From NCBI GenBank assembly GCA_046484135.1, contig JAWOBU010000214.1:1-39066 (forward strand): a stretch of DNA of 39,066 nucleotides. The letters run 5' to 3'. The DNA is from a bacterium (GTDB lineage: Bacteria; RBG-13-61-14; DATKZS01). Within the stretch, counting starts at the first letter, position 1. Each line of letters starts with the position of its first letter. Shown here piece after piece: positions 8,576-17,364 of this stretch. A model generated the notes under the pieces. That model did not search any database, had not been told where the DNA came from, and was given only the letters and a program-made list of their open reading frames with translations. The position numbers were made by a program, and so were the translations under genes.

Positions 8576-11212
8576 CTAAACAACCACGTTCACCAGCTTG
8601 TTGGGCACCACGATAACTTTTTTGACCTCGTGGCCCTCGATATAGGACTTGATCCTGTCGTTCGAAAGAGCCAGCTTTTCCAGCTCGTCCTTGCCGGCGT
8701 CCGCGGGAGCTTCCAGCCGGGCCCGCACCTTGCCGTTCACCTGTAGCACCAGCTCGAAGGTGTCCCTTGTGAGCGCGGCCGCGTCAAAGGAAGGCCAGGG
8801 AAGCCGGAAGCTGCTGGTCTCGTAACCGAGCTCGTGCCAGAGCTCCTCTGCAAGATGAGGACAGAAAGAGTTCAGCATGAGCACGAACCTCTCGAACGAC
8901 CAGCACAACAGGCCAATCCTGCGGGGCCGGTCTTCGCCCTCGCCCGGCTCGAACTCGGACATCCGGTTGAAAAGCTCCATCATGGCCGCGATCGCGGTGT
9001 TGAACGTCCACCGGTCTATCCGCTCGGTTACGTCCTTTACCGTCTGGTTGACCTTCCGATAAAGGTCGGCCTCGTCATGGGCCAGGCAGGAGGTGTCTCC
9101 CGCAGGAATGTCGCGCGGAGACGCCTGTTTGAACTCGTCCATGTACTTCGCGCCCAGCGTCCACACCCGGTTTATGAACCTGAACATGCCCTGGATGCGG
9201 TCCTCGCTCCAGACTATGTCCTTGTCCGGAGGAGACTCGAAAAGAAGGTACAGCCGGACCGTGTCCGCGCCGAACCTGCGGATCATGTTCTCCGGGTCCA
9301 CGATGTTCTTCTTGCTCTTCGACATCTTCTCCGACCGACCCACTTCTACTTCTCTGCCGCAATGAGGACACTTTAAATCCTCGACCTCGGCCGGGTACAG
9401 GTAGCCGTGCTCCGGGCAGTTGTACGACTCTTTTCTGACCATGCCCTGGGTCAGAAGCCGGGTGAAAGGCTCGGAAAAGTTAATATAGCCCAGGTCCCTC
9501 AGCACCTTGGTGTAAAACCTCGAGTAAAGAAGGTGCATGACAGCGTGCTCGACTCCCCCGATGTACTGGTCCACCGGGAGCCAGTAGCCGACCTCGTCCC
9601 GGCTAAAGGGGCCGCTGTCGCACCACGGAGAGGCGTAGCGCATGTAGTACCAGGAAGACTCGACAAAGGTGTCCATGGTGTCGGTCTCCCGCCGCGCCGG
9701 TCCGCCGCAGGAGGGGCACTCCACGTTTATCCACCAGTCGAGCCGCGGCAGGGGACTCCCGCCGGTAACGTCAAACTCGACCTCTGCCGGGAGCTCGACC
9801 GGAAGGCGGTCCTCAGGCACCGGCACCATGCCGCACTTGTCGCAGTAAACGATCGGAATGGGAGCGCCCCAGAACCGCTGGCGCGAGATCAGCCAGTCCC
9901 GGATGCGATAGTTGACCGACGGACCGCCCAGGTACTCCTCAGCCAGCCGCTCTGTTATGACCCGCTTGAACTCTTCGTTGTCCATGCCGTTGTACTCGCC
10001 CGAGTTCTTCATGGAGCCGGGGCCTTCGTAAGCCTCGGTCATGGTGTCCGATTCTAAAGGCCCTCCCTCCTGCGGCTCGACCACCGGCAGTATCTCCAGA
10101 TCATAAGCCTTTGCAAACTCGAAGTCGCGCTGGTCGTGGGCGGGAACCGCCATGACCGCGCCGGTGCCGTACTCCATGAGCACGAAGTTGGCCACGTAAA
10201 CCGGCATCCGCTTGCCGGTCATGGGATTCAGGCAGTATGCACCCGTAAAAACGCCTTCCTTTACATAGTCCTCGGAAGAGCGCTTGATCTTGTCCTCGGA
10301 ACGGACCCGGGTGCAGAACTCCTTTACCGTCTCCTCTTCGGCCGTGCCCGCGGCCAGTATCTCGCATAAGGGGTGCTCCGCGGCCAGGCTCATAAAGGTG
10401 GCCCCGTAAAGCGTGTCCGGACGGGTGGTGTAGACCACCAGCCGGTCTATCTGTTCGCCGGTCTCGGGGTCCGGGTAAGGCCGCTCCAGCTTGAAATGGA
10501 TCATGGCGCCAATGGACTTGCCGATCCAGTTCTTCTGCATGGTAAGCACGTGCTCGGGCCAGCCCGGCAGCTCGTCCGTGGCCTCGAGAAGCTCTTCCGC
10601 GTAGTCAGTGATCTTGAAGTACCACTGGTCGAGCTCGACCTGCCTGACCCGGGTGTCCGAATGTCTCCAGCAAAAGCCGTCCTCGACCTGTTCGTTCGCG
10701 AGCACCGTCCGGCACCGGTCGCACCAGTTCACCCACGCCTTGCGCTTTTCCACCAGCCCCTTCTCGAACATCTCGACGAATATCTTCTGTTCCCACTTGT
10801 AGTAGGAGGGGTCGGAGGTTGCGAACTCGCGCCGCCAGTCGTAAGAATAGCCCATCCTTTTGAGCTGGTCCCGCATGTTGTCTATGTTCTGCCGGGTCCA
10901 GGTGTTGGGATGCACGTTGTTCTCGATGGCCGCGTTCTCCGCGGGCAGGCCGAACGAGTCCCATCCCATGGGATGAAGCACGTTATAGCCGCGCATGACC
11001 TTGTAGCGGGCCACCACGTCTCCGATGGAGTAGTTTCGCACGTGTCCCATGTGGAGCTTGCCGGAGGGGTAGGGAAACATCTCGAGCAGGTAGTACTTGG
11101 GCCTTTTCGGGTCCATGTCGGTCTCGAACACCCGCTCTTTTTCCCAGTACTCCTGCCACTTGGGCTCGACCACATCCGGTTTGTATTTTGAGTCCAAGAC
11201 CCGCTCCTCCAT
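8576..11212 (-). CDS. leuS: Leucyl-tRNA synthetase
   Basis: MFPYPSG-LHMGH, DWLISRQRFWG, KMSKS. The true start may be TTG at 11197 (GGAGGAG RBS, MDSKYKP...). Confidence 0.97.
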   Translation of the reverse strand: MEERVLDSKYKPDVVEPKWQEYWEKERVFETDMDPKRPKYYLLEMFPYPSGKLHMGHVRNYSIGDVVARYKVMRGYNVLHPMGWDSFGLPAENAAIENNVHPNTWTRQNIDNMRDQLKRMGYSYDWRREFATSDPSYYKWEQKIFVEMFEKGLVEKRKAWVNWCDRCRTVLANEQVEDGFCWRHSDTRVRQVELDQWYFKITDYAEELLEATDELPGWPEHVLTMQKNWIGKSIGAMIHFKLERPYPDPETGEQIDRLVVYTTRPDTLYGATFMSLAAEHPLCEILAAGTAEEETVKEFCTRVRSEDKIKRSSEDYVKEGVFTGAYCLNPMTGKRMPVYVANFVLMEYGTGAVMAVPAHDQRDFEFAKAYDLEILPVVEPQEGGPLESDTMTEAYEGPGSMKNSGEYNGMDNEEFKRVITERLAEEYLGGPSVNYRIRDWLISRQRFWGAPIPIVYCDKCGMVPVPEDRLPVELPAEVEFDVTGGSPLPRLDWWINVECPSCGGPARRETDTMDTFVESSWYYMRYASPWCDSGPFSRDEVGYWLPVDQYIGGVEHAVMHLLYSRFYTKVLRDLGYINFSEPFTRLLTQGMVRKESYNCPEHGYLYPAEVEDLKCPHCGREVEVGRSEKMSKSKKNIVDPENMIRRFGADTVRLYLLFESPPDKDIVWSEDRIQGMFRFINRVWTLGAKYMDEFKQASPRDIPAGDTSCLAHDEADLYRKVNQTVKDVTERIDRWTFNTAIAAMMELFNRMSEFEPGEGEDRPRRIGLLCWSFERFVLMLNSFCPHLAEELWHELGYETSSFRLPWPSFDAAALTRDTFELVLQVNGKVRARLEAPADAGKDELEKLALSNDRIKSYIEGHEVKKVIVVPNKLVNVVV

Positions 11213-11224
11213 TCATGGAAAATA

Positions 11225-11248
11225 GGCAAGGAGGAATTCCTCCTTGCC
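11225..11248. repeat. Perfect 24-bp palindrome in the leuS leader
   Basis: GGCAAGGAGGAATTCCTCCTTGCC equals its own reverse complement. Confidence 0.9.
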
Positions 11249-11258
11249 CGCACAAGTA

Positions 11259-11287
11259 TTTATAACACCGCCTTGTCGGAGAATCAA
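11259..11287 (-). promoter_or_regulatory. Putative sigma70 promoter for leuS
   Basis: Minus strand TTGATT-17 bp-TATAAA with an extended -10 TG. Confidence 0.55.
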
Positions 11288-11348
11288 GGAATCGGAAGCG
11301 CCCGGCCCCTTGGTTCCGCAGGCCGGGCTTTTTCCCGTCTTGGTCTTT

Positions 11349-12275
11349 TCAGCTCGTGAAGTTGAAAAGCCAGGTGCTTAAGTACCGCTCGCCCGTGTCC
11401 GGGAGGATGGTTATGATCCTTTTGCTTGCGTTTTCTTTTCGGCGGGAGAGCTCGAGCGCGGCCCATACCGCTGCCCCCGAGCTGATGCCGGCCAGGATGC
11501 CTTCTTCCGCGGCAAGCCGGCGGGCCATCTCTCCGGCCGCCTCGTCGCTTACCGGCAGGACCTCGTCCAGGAGCTTCCGGTCCAGGACCTCGGGCACAAA
11601 GCCGGCGCCGATCCCCTGGATTTTGTGGGGAGACACAGAACCGCCGGAGAGTATGGCCGAGTTCCGGGGCTCTACCGCCACCGCTTTTATCTTCGGCTTT
11701 TTCTTTTTCAGAAGCCGGGCCACACCGGTGATGGTCCCGCCGGTCCCGACTCCCGCGACCACGATGTCGAGCTCTCCGCCGGTGTCTTCCCATATCTCCG
11801 CGGCAGTGGTCCGCTCGTGCACCTCGGGGTTGGCCGGGTTCTTAAACTGGCTCGGCATGAAGGCGCCCCTGTCTTCGGCTATCTTCTCCGCCTTCTTGAT
11901 GGCGCCGGGCATTCCTTCCTTGCCGGGGGTCAGCACCACCTCTGCGCCCAGGGCCACCAGGAGCTTCCGCCGCTCCACGCTCATGGTGTCCGGCATGGTG
12001 ATGACAAGCTCGTACCCCTTGGCTGCGGCGGTCATGGCCAGGCCCACGCCCGTATTGCCGCTGGTGGGCTCGACTATGACTCCGCCTTTCCGGAGCTTGC
12101 CGGAAGACTCCGCGTCCTCTATCATGGCCACCGCGATCCGGTCCTTTATCGAACCTGCCGGGTTCCGACCCTCCTGCTTGACCACGATCTCGGCGGAGAC
12201 CTCGCGGCTGATGTTGTTGAGGCGGATAAGAGGCGTCCGCCCCATGGTTTTCGTTATATCTTCGTAGATGTTCAA
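11349..12275 (-). CDS. cysK: Cysteine synthase A (O-acetylserine sulfhydrylase)
   Basis: [11 protein letters not shown] (PLP lysine), [35 protein letters not shown] start. Confidence 0.95.
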   Translation of the reverse strand: MNIYEDITKTMGRTPLIRLNNISREVSAEIVVKQEGRNPAGSIKDRIAVAMIEDAESSGKLRKGGVIVEPTSGNTGVGLAMTAAAKGYELVITMPDTMSVERRKLLVALGAEVVLTPGKEGMPGAIKKAEKIAEDRGAFMPSQFKNPANPEVHERTTAAEIWEDTGGELDIVVAGVGTGGTITGVARLLKKKKPKIKAVAVEPRNSAILSGGSVSPHKIQGIGAGFVPEVLDRKLLDEVLPVSDEAAGEMARRLAAEEGILAGISSGAAVWAALELSRRKENASKRIITILPDTGERYLSTWLFNFTS

Positions 12276-12314
12276 AACGTCCTCCCCGACCTGGTCGAGA
12301 ACATGTAAAGCGAA

Positions 12315-12758
12315 CTATATGGCGTAGTCCGGCGCTACGCCGGCCTGGTCCATCTCTTGCTGTCTTTGCAGGAGGTCGGACAGGGTGGTGTTTTTCAGGA
12401 CCTCCCGCATGGCTTCGGTAGCTCCCCACCATGTCTCCAGCATGGAGCAGGTATCGCTTTTCACGCAGTCGCTTTTGCACTTGGACGGAAGCTGGTGAAG
12501 CTCGCCTTCCAGCGCCTCCACGATCTCCAGGACGGTTATCTCGTCCGGCGGGCGCGCAAGCCAGTAGCCGCCCTTCGCTCCCCGCACGCTCTCCACCAGA
12601 CCGGCCTGCCGCAAGCTCCGCAGAAGCTGTTCCACGTACTTCTCCGAGAACCCGTGAATCTCGCAAAGGTCCCGCAAAAGCACGGAGCCCTGTCCATACC
12701 TGGACCCCAGGTCCATCATGGCGTGCATTCCGTAATGACCCTTGGTGCTGAGCCTCAT
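12315..12758 (-). CDS. Rrf2-family transcriptional regulator (IscR/CymR-like)
   Basis: MRLSTKGHYG...LVESVRGAKGGYWLA...EGEL with three C-terminal Cys; directly upstream of cysK. Confidence 0.9.
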   Translation of the reverse strand: MRLSTKGHYGMHAMMDLGSRYGQGSVLLRDLCEIHGFSEKYVEQLLRSLRQAGLVESVRGAKGGYWLARPPDEITVLEIVEALEGELHQLPSKCKSDCVKSDTCSMLETWWGATEAMREVLKNTTLSDLLQRQQEMDQAGVAPDYAI

Positions 12759-12789
12759 ATCTCTATCTTACTCCTAGGCTTCCTTTTTT

Positions 12790-12818
12790 AATCTAGTTTT
12801 ACTTGACCCCCCTGTCAA
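12790..12818 (-). promoter_or_regulatory. Putative sigma70 promoter for Rrf2-cysK, overlapping the inverted repeat CTTGAC-N6-GTCAAG (12802-12819)
   Basis: Minus strand TTGACA-17 bp-TAGATT. Confidence 0.6.
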
Positions 12819-12877
12819 GACTTTCCGGCTACTCTGACCGGTCTGCCAAAAGCCGCCACCAGAGCCGCGAATCCGCC

Positions 12878-12906
12878 TTGCTTTAAAAAGCCTGTCCGGC
12901 TACCAT
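12878..12906 (+). promoter_or_regulatory. Putative sigma70 promoter for the desulfhydrase-like gene
   Basis: TTGCTT-17 bp-TACCAT, ~35 bp before ATG 12941. Confidence 0.45.
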
Positions 12907-12940
12907 AAAGAAATGTTCAACTTAAGGAGCGCAAAAAGGC

Positions 12941-14038
12941 ATGGAAACCCCGGAGCTGTTTAAAGCATACCCGGTGCTTATGACCTCGATACCGTGGACG
13001 CCGCTCGGGACAACTCCCACGCCCGTGGAAAGGATGGAGTCGCTCGGACAAAAGCTCGGATGCCCCAGCTTGTGGGTCAAGCGGGACGACCTCTCTTCGG
13101 ACAAGATGGGCGGCAACAAGGTCAGGATCATGGAGTTCCTGCTGGCCCGGATGAAGGCGGACCGGAAGACGGTGGCCATTTCTCCCGGCCCGCTCGGTTC
13201 CAACCAGATCATGGCCTCTGCCATCTACGGCAGCCGGCTCGGGGTAAAGGTGGTGGGAGTATTTCTGAAGCAGTGCGAAACCGACTACATGTGCAAGCAC
13301 ATGCTGATTGATCAGTCCATGGGTGTCGAGTTCAACCACGTCAGGAACCCGGCCTTTGCTCCCTTCTCCATACTGTACCACTATCTTAGAAACGTGGACT
13401 GGAGGCGCTTGCGGGCCCCCTTTTACATTCCGTCCTTCGGGTCGTCCGCGACCTGCGCGCTGGGCTATTTGAACGCAACCTTCGAGCTCGCCCGGCAGCT
13501 GGAAAACAACGAGGCTCCGGAGCCGGACTATATCTTTGTCACCGCGGGCACTGGCGGGACCATGGCCGGGATCGAGCTGGGGGTCAGGCTGCTGGGCTTG
13601 AAGAGCAAGGTGGTGGGAGTGCGCATCACCGACTGGATCGCCTGCAACGAGAGGATCGTGGCCAGCGTTGTAAACCGGACTGCCCGGCTTCTTCAAAGGT
13701 CGGGCGCGGACATTCCGAGTGTGCGGGTCCGCGCTTCCGAGATCACCATGCTCCACCGTTACTTCGGAGGAGAGTACGCCCGCATCACGGAAGAAGGGCT
13801 GGAGGCCCAAAAAATGTGCAAGGACCTGGAGGGACTGTCCCTGGACACCACCTACACCGCCAAGACCATGGCCGCAATGATGGACTACATCAAAAAACAG
13901 GGCATCCAAGACAAGAACGTACTGTTCTGGCATACCTATAACAGCAGAGACCTCTCCCCCTTCCTCGATGAAAAAGCAAAACCGCGACAACTGCCGCCCT
14001 CCTTCCGGAAATACTTCGAAAAACAGATGGACTCTTGA
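12941..14038 (+). CDS. PLP-dependent D-cysteine desulfhydrase/ACC deaminase family enzyme
   Basis: PTPVE, LWVKRDD, GGNKVR (PLP lysine), AGTGGTMAG, LDTTYTAK, LFWHT. Confidence 0.85.
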   Translation: METPELFKAYPVLMTSIPWTPLGTTPTPVERMESLGQKLGCPSLWVKRDDLSSDKMGGNKVRIMEFLLARMKADRKTVAISPGPLGSNQIMASAIYGSRLGVKVVGVFLKQCETDYMCKHMLIDQSMGVEFNHVRNPAFAPFSILYHYLRNVDWRRLRAPFYIPSFGSSATCALGYLNATFELARQLENNEAPEPDYIFVTAGTGGTMAGIELGVRLLGLKSKVVGVRITDWIACNERIVASVVNRTARLLQRSGADIPSVRVRASEITMLHRYFGGEYARITEEGLEAQKMCKDLEGLSLDTTYTAKTMAAMMDYIKKQGIQDKNVLFWHTYNSRDLSPFLDEKAKPRQLPPSFRKYFEKQMDS

Positions 14039-14039
14039 A

Positions 14040-14203
14040 GGGAGCCGCCTCTCAAGTGGGTCAAGGGGGGGCGAATAGTCTCCCGGGCTTGGTTTGTCGC
14101 GACAGAAGTCGCTCGTACCGGAGGTGGATTTGATGCAACGAGGCGACGAAGCTACTGGGAAGACAGTTCTGCGGCGATTCTCTCTGACCGCGGCGCGGCT
14201 TCC
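14040..14203 (+). repeat. Rod-like self-complementary intergenic element containing a REP copy (14097-14118)
   Basis: Nested pairings GGGAGCCGC/GCGGCTTCC, GGTCA/TGACC, GTCT-CCCGG-GCTT/AAGC-CTGGG-AGAC, GTCGC-TCGT/ACGA-GCGAC. Confidence 0.55.
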
Positions 14204-14333
14204 GTTACTTTCCGACCTGCCCTCCAGATATTTCCCTCATCTTTTATGAAACGGGTTTGACAGGCCGCAATCTGTAAAGATATATTCAAAAGACGAGCCG
14301 GCCCGCCACAAGCGGATGAGAGGTAGAAAGGAC

Positions 14334-15242
14334 ATGCGAGCCAAGGCGTTAATCTTCGTATTACTCTTTACTTTAGTCTACGGCTGCCCCCTACAGATAC
14401 AGGAGCCGGAGTGCTCGCCGGGCGCGACCGAAACCCGGGAGTGCGGCAACTGCGGCGTTCGGGAGCGCTCCTGCACCGAAGCGGGCTGGGGCGCGTGGAG
14501 CGAGTGCCGTAACGAAGGGGGCTGTAGCCCTGGGGACAAGCGGGAGGACCTGGAGGAACCGTGCGGCAAGTGCGGTCACCAGGTGTATACTTGCGGTCCG
14601 GACTGCTCTTGGGAAAAGGCTGATTGCGCGGATGAAGGCGCATGCGAGCCGGGCGATATCGAGAAGCGGGAGAACGAAAAGGGTCCTCCCGAGATCCGGG
14701 AATGCCGGTCCGATTGCTCCTGGGGAAGATGGATGGAGTTCCACGAGCTGGACGGCTACGGCAAAGCCCGCTTCGGCATGGACCAAAAGCAAGTGCTTGA
14801 ACTTTACCAGGAGCACGACCCGCGCGAAGTGGAAGACAAGATTGTGGTCCGCGTTCCTTACGAGGACGAAAACACCCCCCATGTGTTCGAGTTCGCAAAC
14901 GGAGAGCTTTTCGCTGTGAGCGTGGTGTTCTCAGGCGATAAGTGGTCTTCCTCCGACTACATAGACAAGTACAATGATCTGTTGGGGGGACTGCGCGAGA
15001 AGTACGGGGACCCGGCCGAGTACGACCACGATCAGGAGTATCCCACCTATTGCCTGTGGAAGGGACGCAAAGGCAACGTTCTGCTCTGGCTGGACAAAAA
15101 AAGCGAGAGCGGATACTTCCTCATGGTCCGCCATTACGACCCGGCCGCCCAGGAGACCTTTCTGCAGGAAAAAGCCGGGGACCGGGAGAAAACCGGCCCG
15201 GAAGAAGCGCCCCTGCCCAGCGAAGCCGAAGACAGCGGCTAA
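14334..15242 (+). CDS. Lipoprotein with Cys/Trp-rich tandem repeats and an unknown C-terminal domain
   Basis: Lipobox LVYG-C; three C(S/E)PG...C..C..W..W..C repeats; GAAAGGA RBS before ATG 14334. Confidence 0.7.
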   Translation: MRAKALIFVLLFTLVYGCPLQIQEPECSPGATETRECGNCGVRERSCTEAGWGAWSECRNEGGCSPGDKREDLEEPCGKCGHQVYTCGPDCSWEKADCADEGACEPGDIEKRENEKGPPEIRECRSDCSWGRWMEFHELDGYGKARFGMDQKQVLELYQEHDPREVEDKIVVRVPYEDENTPHVFEFANGELFAVSVVFSGDKWSSSDYIDKYNDLLGGLREKYGDPAEYDHDQEYPTYCLWKGRKGNVLLWLDKKSESGYFLMVRHYDPAAQETFLQEKAGDREKTGPEEAPLPSEAEDSG

Positions 15243-15255
15243 GAAAATAAACGGC

Positions 15256-16425
15256 TCACTTGGCCTCGCACGTCTCTTTAAGCTCCGGGAACCGGTTCAT
15301 AAAAAGGTTTACGAACAACTCCTGTTTTGCTTCCTGCAGGGACGGCAAGCGGCCGGGCAGCTCTTCTTCGAATTTCTCCCTCGCCGGCGCAAGCGTCTTT
15401 TTGAGCCTTCCGGTGGTGAGGGGAGGATCGTTGGGTCCGATCTTGACACTGATCTCCTGGTTGAAGCCGGTCTCGCCGGGGAAGTTGTATAACACGAAGT
15501 TGCCGTTTACATAAACGTTCCAGCCCGACACCTCGCCATAGGAGAAGCGAAGCCCCAGGCTTTCCTTGTACTTGAAAGAAAGTATCCAATCCATGCCTTC
15601 TTGACGGGCCGCGTCCCGGTCCGGCACCGACACGGTCCGCGGATACGCATTGGCCGAAAGCGCCTTGCCGAGCTTGTTGTACCAGGTCCGTTTGCTGCCG
15701 TTGTAGTAGTTGATCTTTACGAACTCGCCCATGTCATGGATGTCCCGGATCAGTCGCACCTTCTGAATCTCGACCGCCAACGGGCCTTGTTCCAGCTTGT
15801 CAAACGCGAGCCGGTTATCTCTCGCCCATCTCGAGTACCGGTTGTCAGGGTGCTCCTTTATGTAAGCGGAAAGCTCCTCCGGATTTCCCGCCCGCTCCAG
15901 GATGCCGCAACCGACAAGCCGGCGGGCGCGCTGCCGGGCTTCCTCTGCGTGAGAGCCCTCCGGGTACTTGTCGAGGTAAGAACGGTAAGAGTCAATGGTG
16001 TTCTTGTTCTCGGCCGACTGAAAACGCAAGGTGTCCATGCGGTCCTTTACTTCCTCAGCGTACTTGCTGCCGGGGTGCTTCTCCAAAAACTGCTGGTAAG
16101 CCTCGATGGTGTCGGCTTCGCAAGCCTTGTCATACGCAAGCTCGAAAAGCCGGGCCTCGGCCGCTTTATAGAACTTGCTGTCCGGGTACTCGCTAAGGTA
16201 GCGCTCGTAGGCCTTGACGGTGTCATCCTGCCGGGCCCTCTGATACTCGAGCTCCCAAAGCCGTCTTCGGGCAGTGTCGGCTTCTTCGCTTTCAGGGTAC
16301 TTCTCCAGGAACTCCTTGTAAGCGGGGATGGTGTCTTTCTCCCGGGCCGAATCATAGGCCATGGAGGCGCAGCCCGAGATTAAAAACACAAGCATTAAGA
16401 CGACTAATAACCTTTGGGCTTGCAT
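15256..16425 (-). CDS. Lipoprotein with five ~37-aa helical (TPR-like) repeats
   Basis: Lipobox ISG-C; repeats of the form YxxAxxxDTIxAYxxFLxxYPxSxxAxxAxxRL. Confidence 0.75.
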   Translation of the reverse strand: MQAQRLLVVLMLVFLISGCASMAYDSAREKDTIPAYKEFLEKYPESEEADTARRRLWELEYQRARQDDTVKAYERYLSEYPDSKFYKAAEARLFELAYDKACEADTIEAYQQFLEKHPGSKYAEEVKDRMDTLRFQSAENKNTIDSYRSYLDKYPEGSHAEEARQRARRLVGCGILERAGNPEELSAYIKEHPDNRYSRWARDNRLAFDKLEQGPLAVEIQKVRLIRDIHDMGEFVKINYYNGSKRTWYNKLGKALSANAYPRTVSVPDRDAARQEGMDWILSFKYKESLGLRFSYGEVSGWNVYVNGNFVLYNFPGETGFNQEISVKIGPNDPPLTTGRLKKTLAPAREKFEEELPGRLPSLQEAKQELFVNLFMNRFPELKETCEAK

Positions 16426-16551
16426 GGCAGTGCTCCTTGTTGTGTTCGTAACAACCTGGACTTTATGAACCGAGGCCAGTTGTGAAGTCCGGATTTGGTT
16501 TAGTTTAACCAGGCTTGGGCACCGGAATCAAGAGCCGGCCCGGAAGAGGTC

Positions 16552-17232
16552 TTAAAAGGGAGCGCTTCCAAACAGGCTTTTGTGGAAAACAAAAAACAGG
16601 GCGAACGCGACCAGGGCGATTATAAGGCCGGTCTTGTTGATCTCATCGCGGGCCAGCCGGTTCTTGCCTATGATGATGCCGGCAAACGGCAGGATAGAGG
16701 AGTTGTTCTTGAACTCGATATACTCCTGTCCTTTCTCGCGACTCTTGCGCCGGTCCTGGTGATATGCCCCGATCAGGCCGGTCAGAAACAGGGACCCGAA
16801 GAAGAAAAGGTCGGCGGGGACGCCGTTGGCCATAAGATGAGCGAGTCCGAAGAGCGCGACGCCCATGTTCATGGGATGGCGGGTTACCCGGAGGATGCCG
16901 GTAACCTCGGCCCGCTCCTGCATCATGCCGGTGGGGCTCGGGTTGAAAAAGGACTGGACCACCAGGATAAAAGCAGCCAGCATAAGGAGGTAAACCACCG
17001 GATACCCGTACCAGGAAAGGGACCAGAACTCGGCGCCCTTTTCCGGCCCCTCCAGTACGATCATCATCCACACGGCAGCGCCCAGGGGCACGATCGAGAT
17101 GAAGGAGTAGACCGCCCGGAAACCCAAAAGGCCCAGCGCGGAAACCAGTCCTTCCCGGATGCGGCCGTGGGAGAGAAGGATGTGGGTCAGAAAGAAAAAC
17201 GAGCTCGCGATGATTAAAAGCGCCAGTCCCAT
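16552..17232 (-). CDS. NnrU-family membrane protein
   Basis: AAGGAGG RBS before ATG 17232; FxxTH...FRAVYS...GILRVTRHPM...AHLMANG...SSILPF motifs. Confidence 0.85.
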   Translation of the reverse strand: MGLALLIIASSFFFLTHILLSHGRIREGLVSALGLLGFRAVYSFISIVPLGAAVWMMIVLEGPEKGAEFWSLSWYGYPVVYLLMLAAFILVVQSFFNPSPTGMMQERAEVTGILRVTRHPMNMGVALFGLAHLMANGVPADLFFFGSLFLTGLIGAYHQDRRKSREKGQEYIEFKNNSSILPFAGIIIGKNRLARDEINKTGLIIALVAFALFFVFHKSLFGSAPF

Positions 17233-17364
17233 GGCTTCCTCCTTACTTTGGCTTTTCATTAACATAACCATTCCGGTAAATAAAGCAAACGCAGATGCCG
17301 TATTTCTAACTGCGGCTTGCTCCCGGTTTTGACATGCTCGCAGCCGGAAACTACATTGGACAAG

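Noticed and set aside
11213..11348. T-box riboswitch upstream of leuS
   Set aside because: Leader too short, and no AAGGTGGTACC-like T-box or specifier stem.
14040..14203. 6S RNA, SRP RNA or tRNA identity for the rod-like element
   Set aside because: No SRP GGAA-loop motif, no cloverleaf, no convincing 6S central bubble, and no room for its own promoter after the upstream stop.
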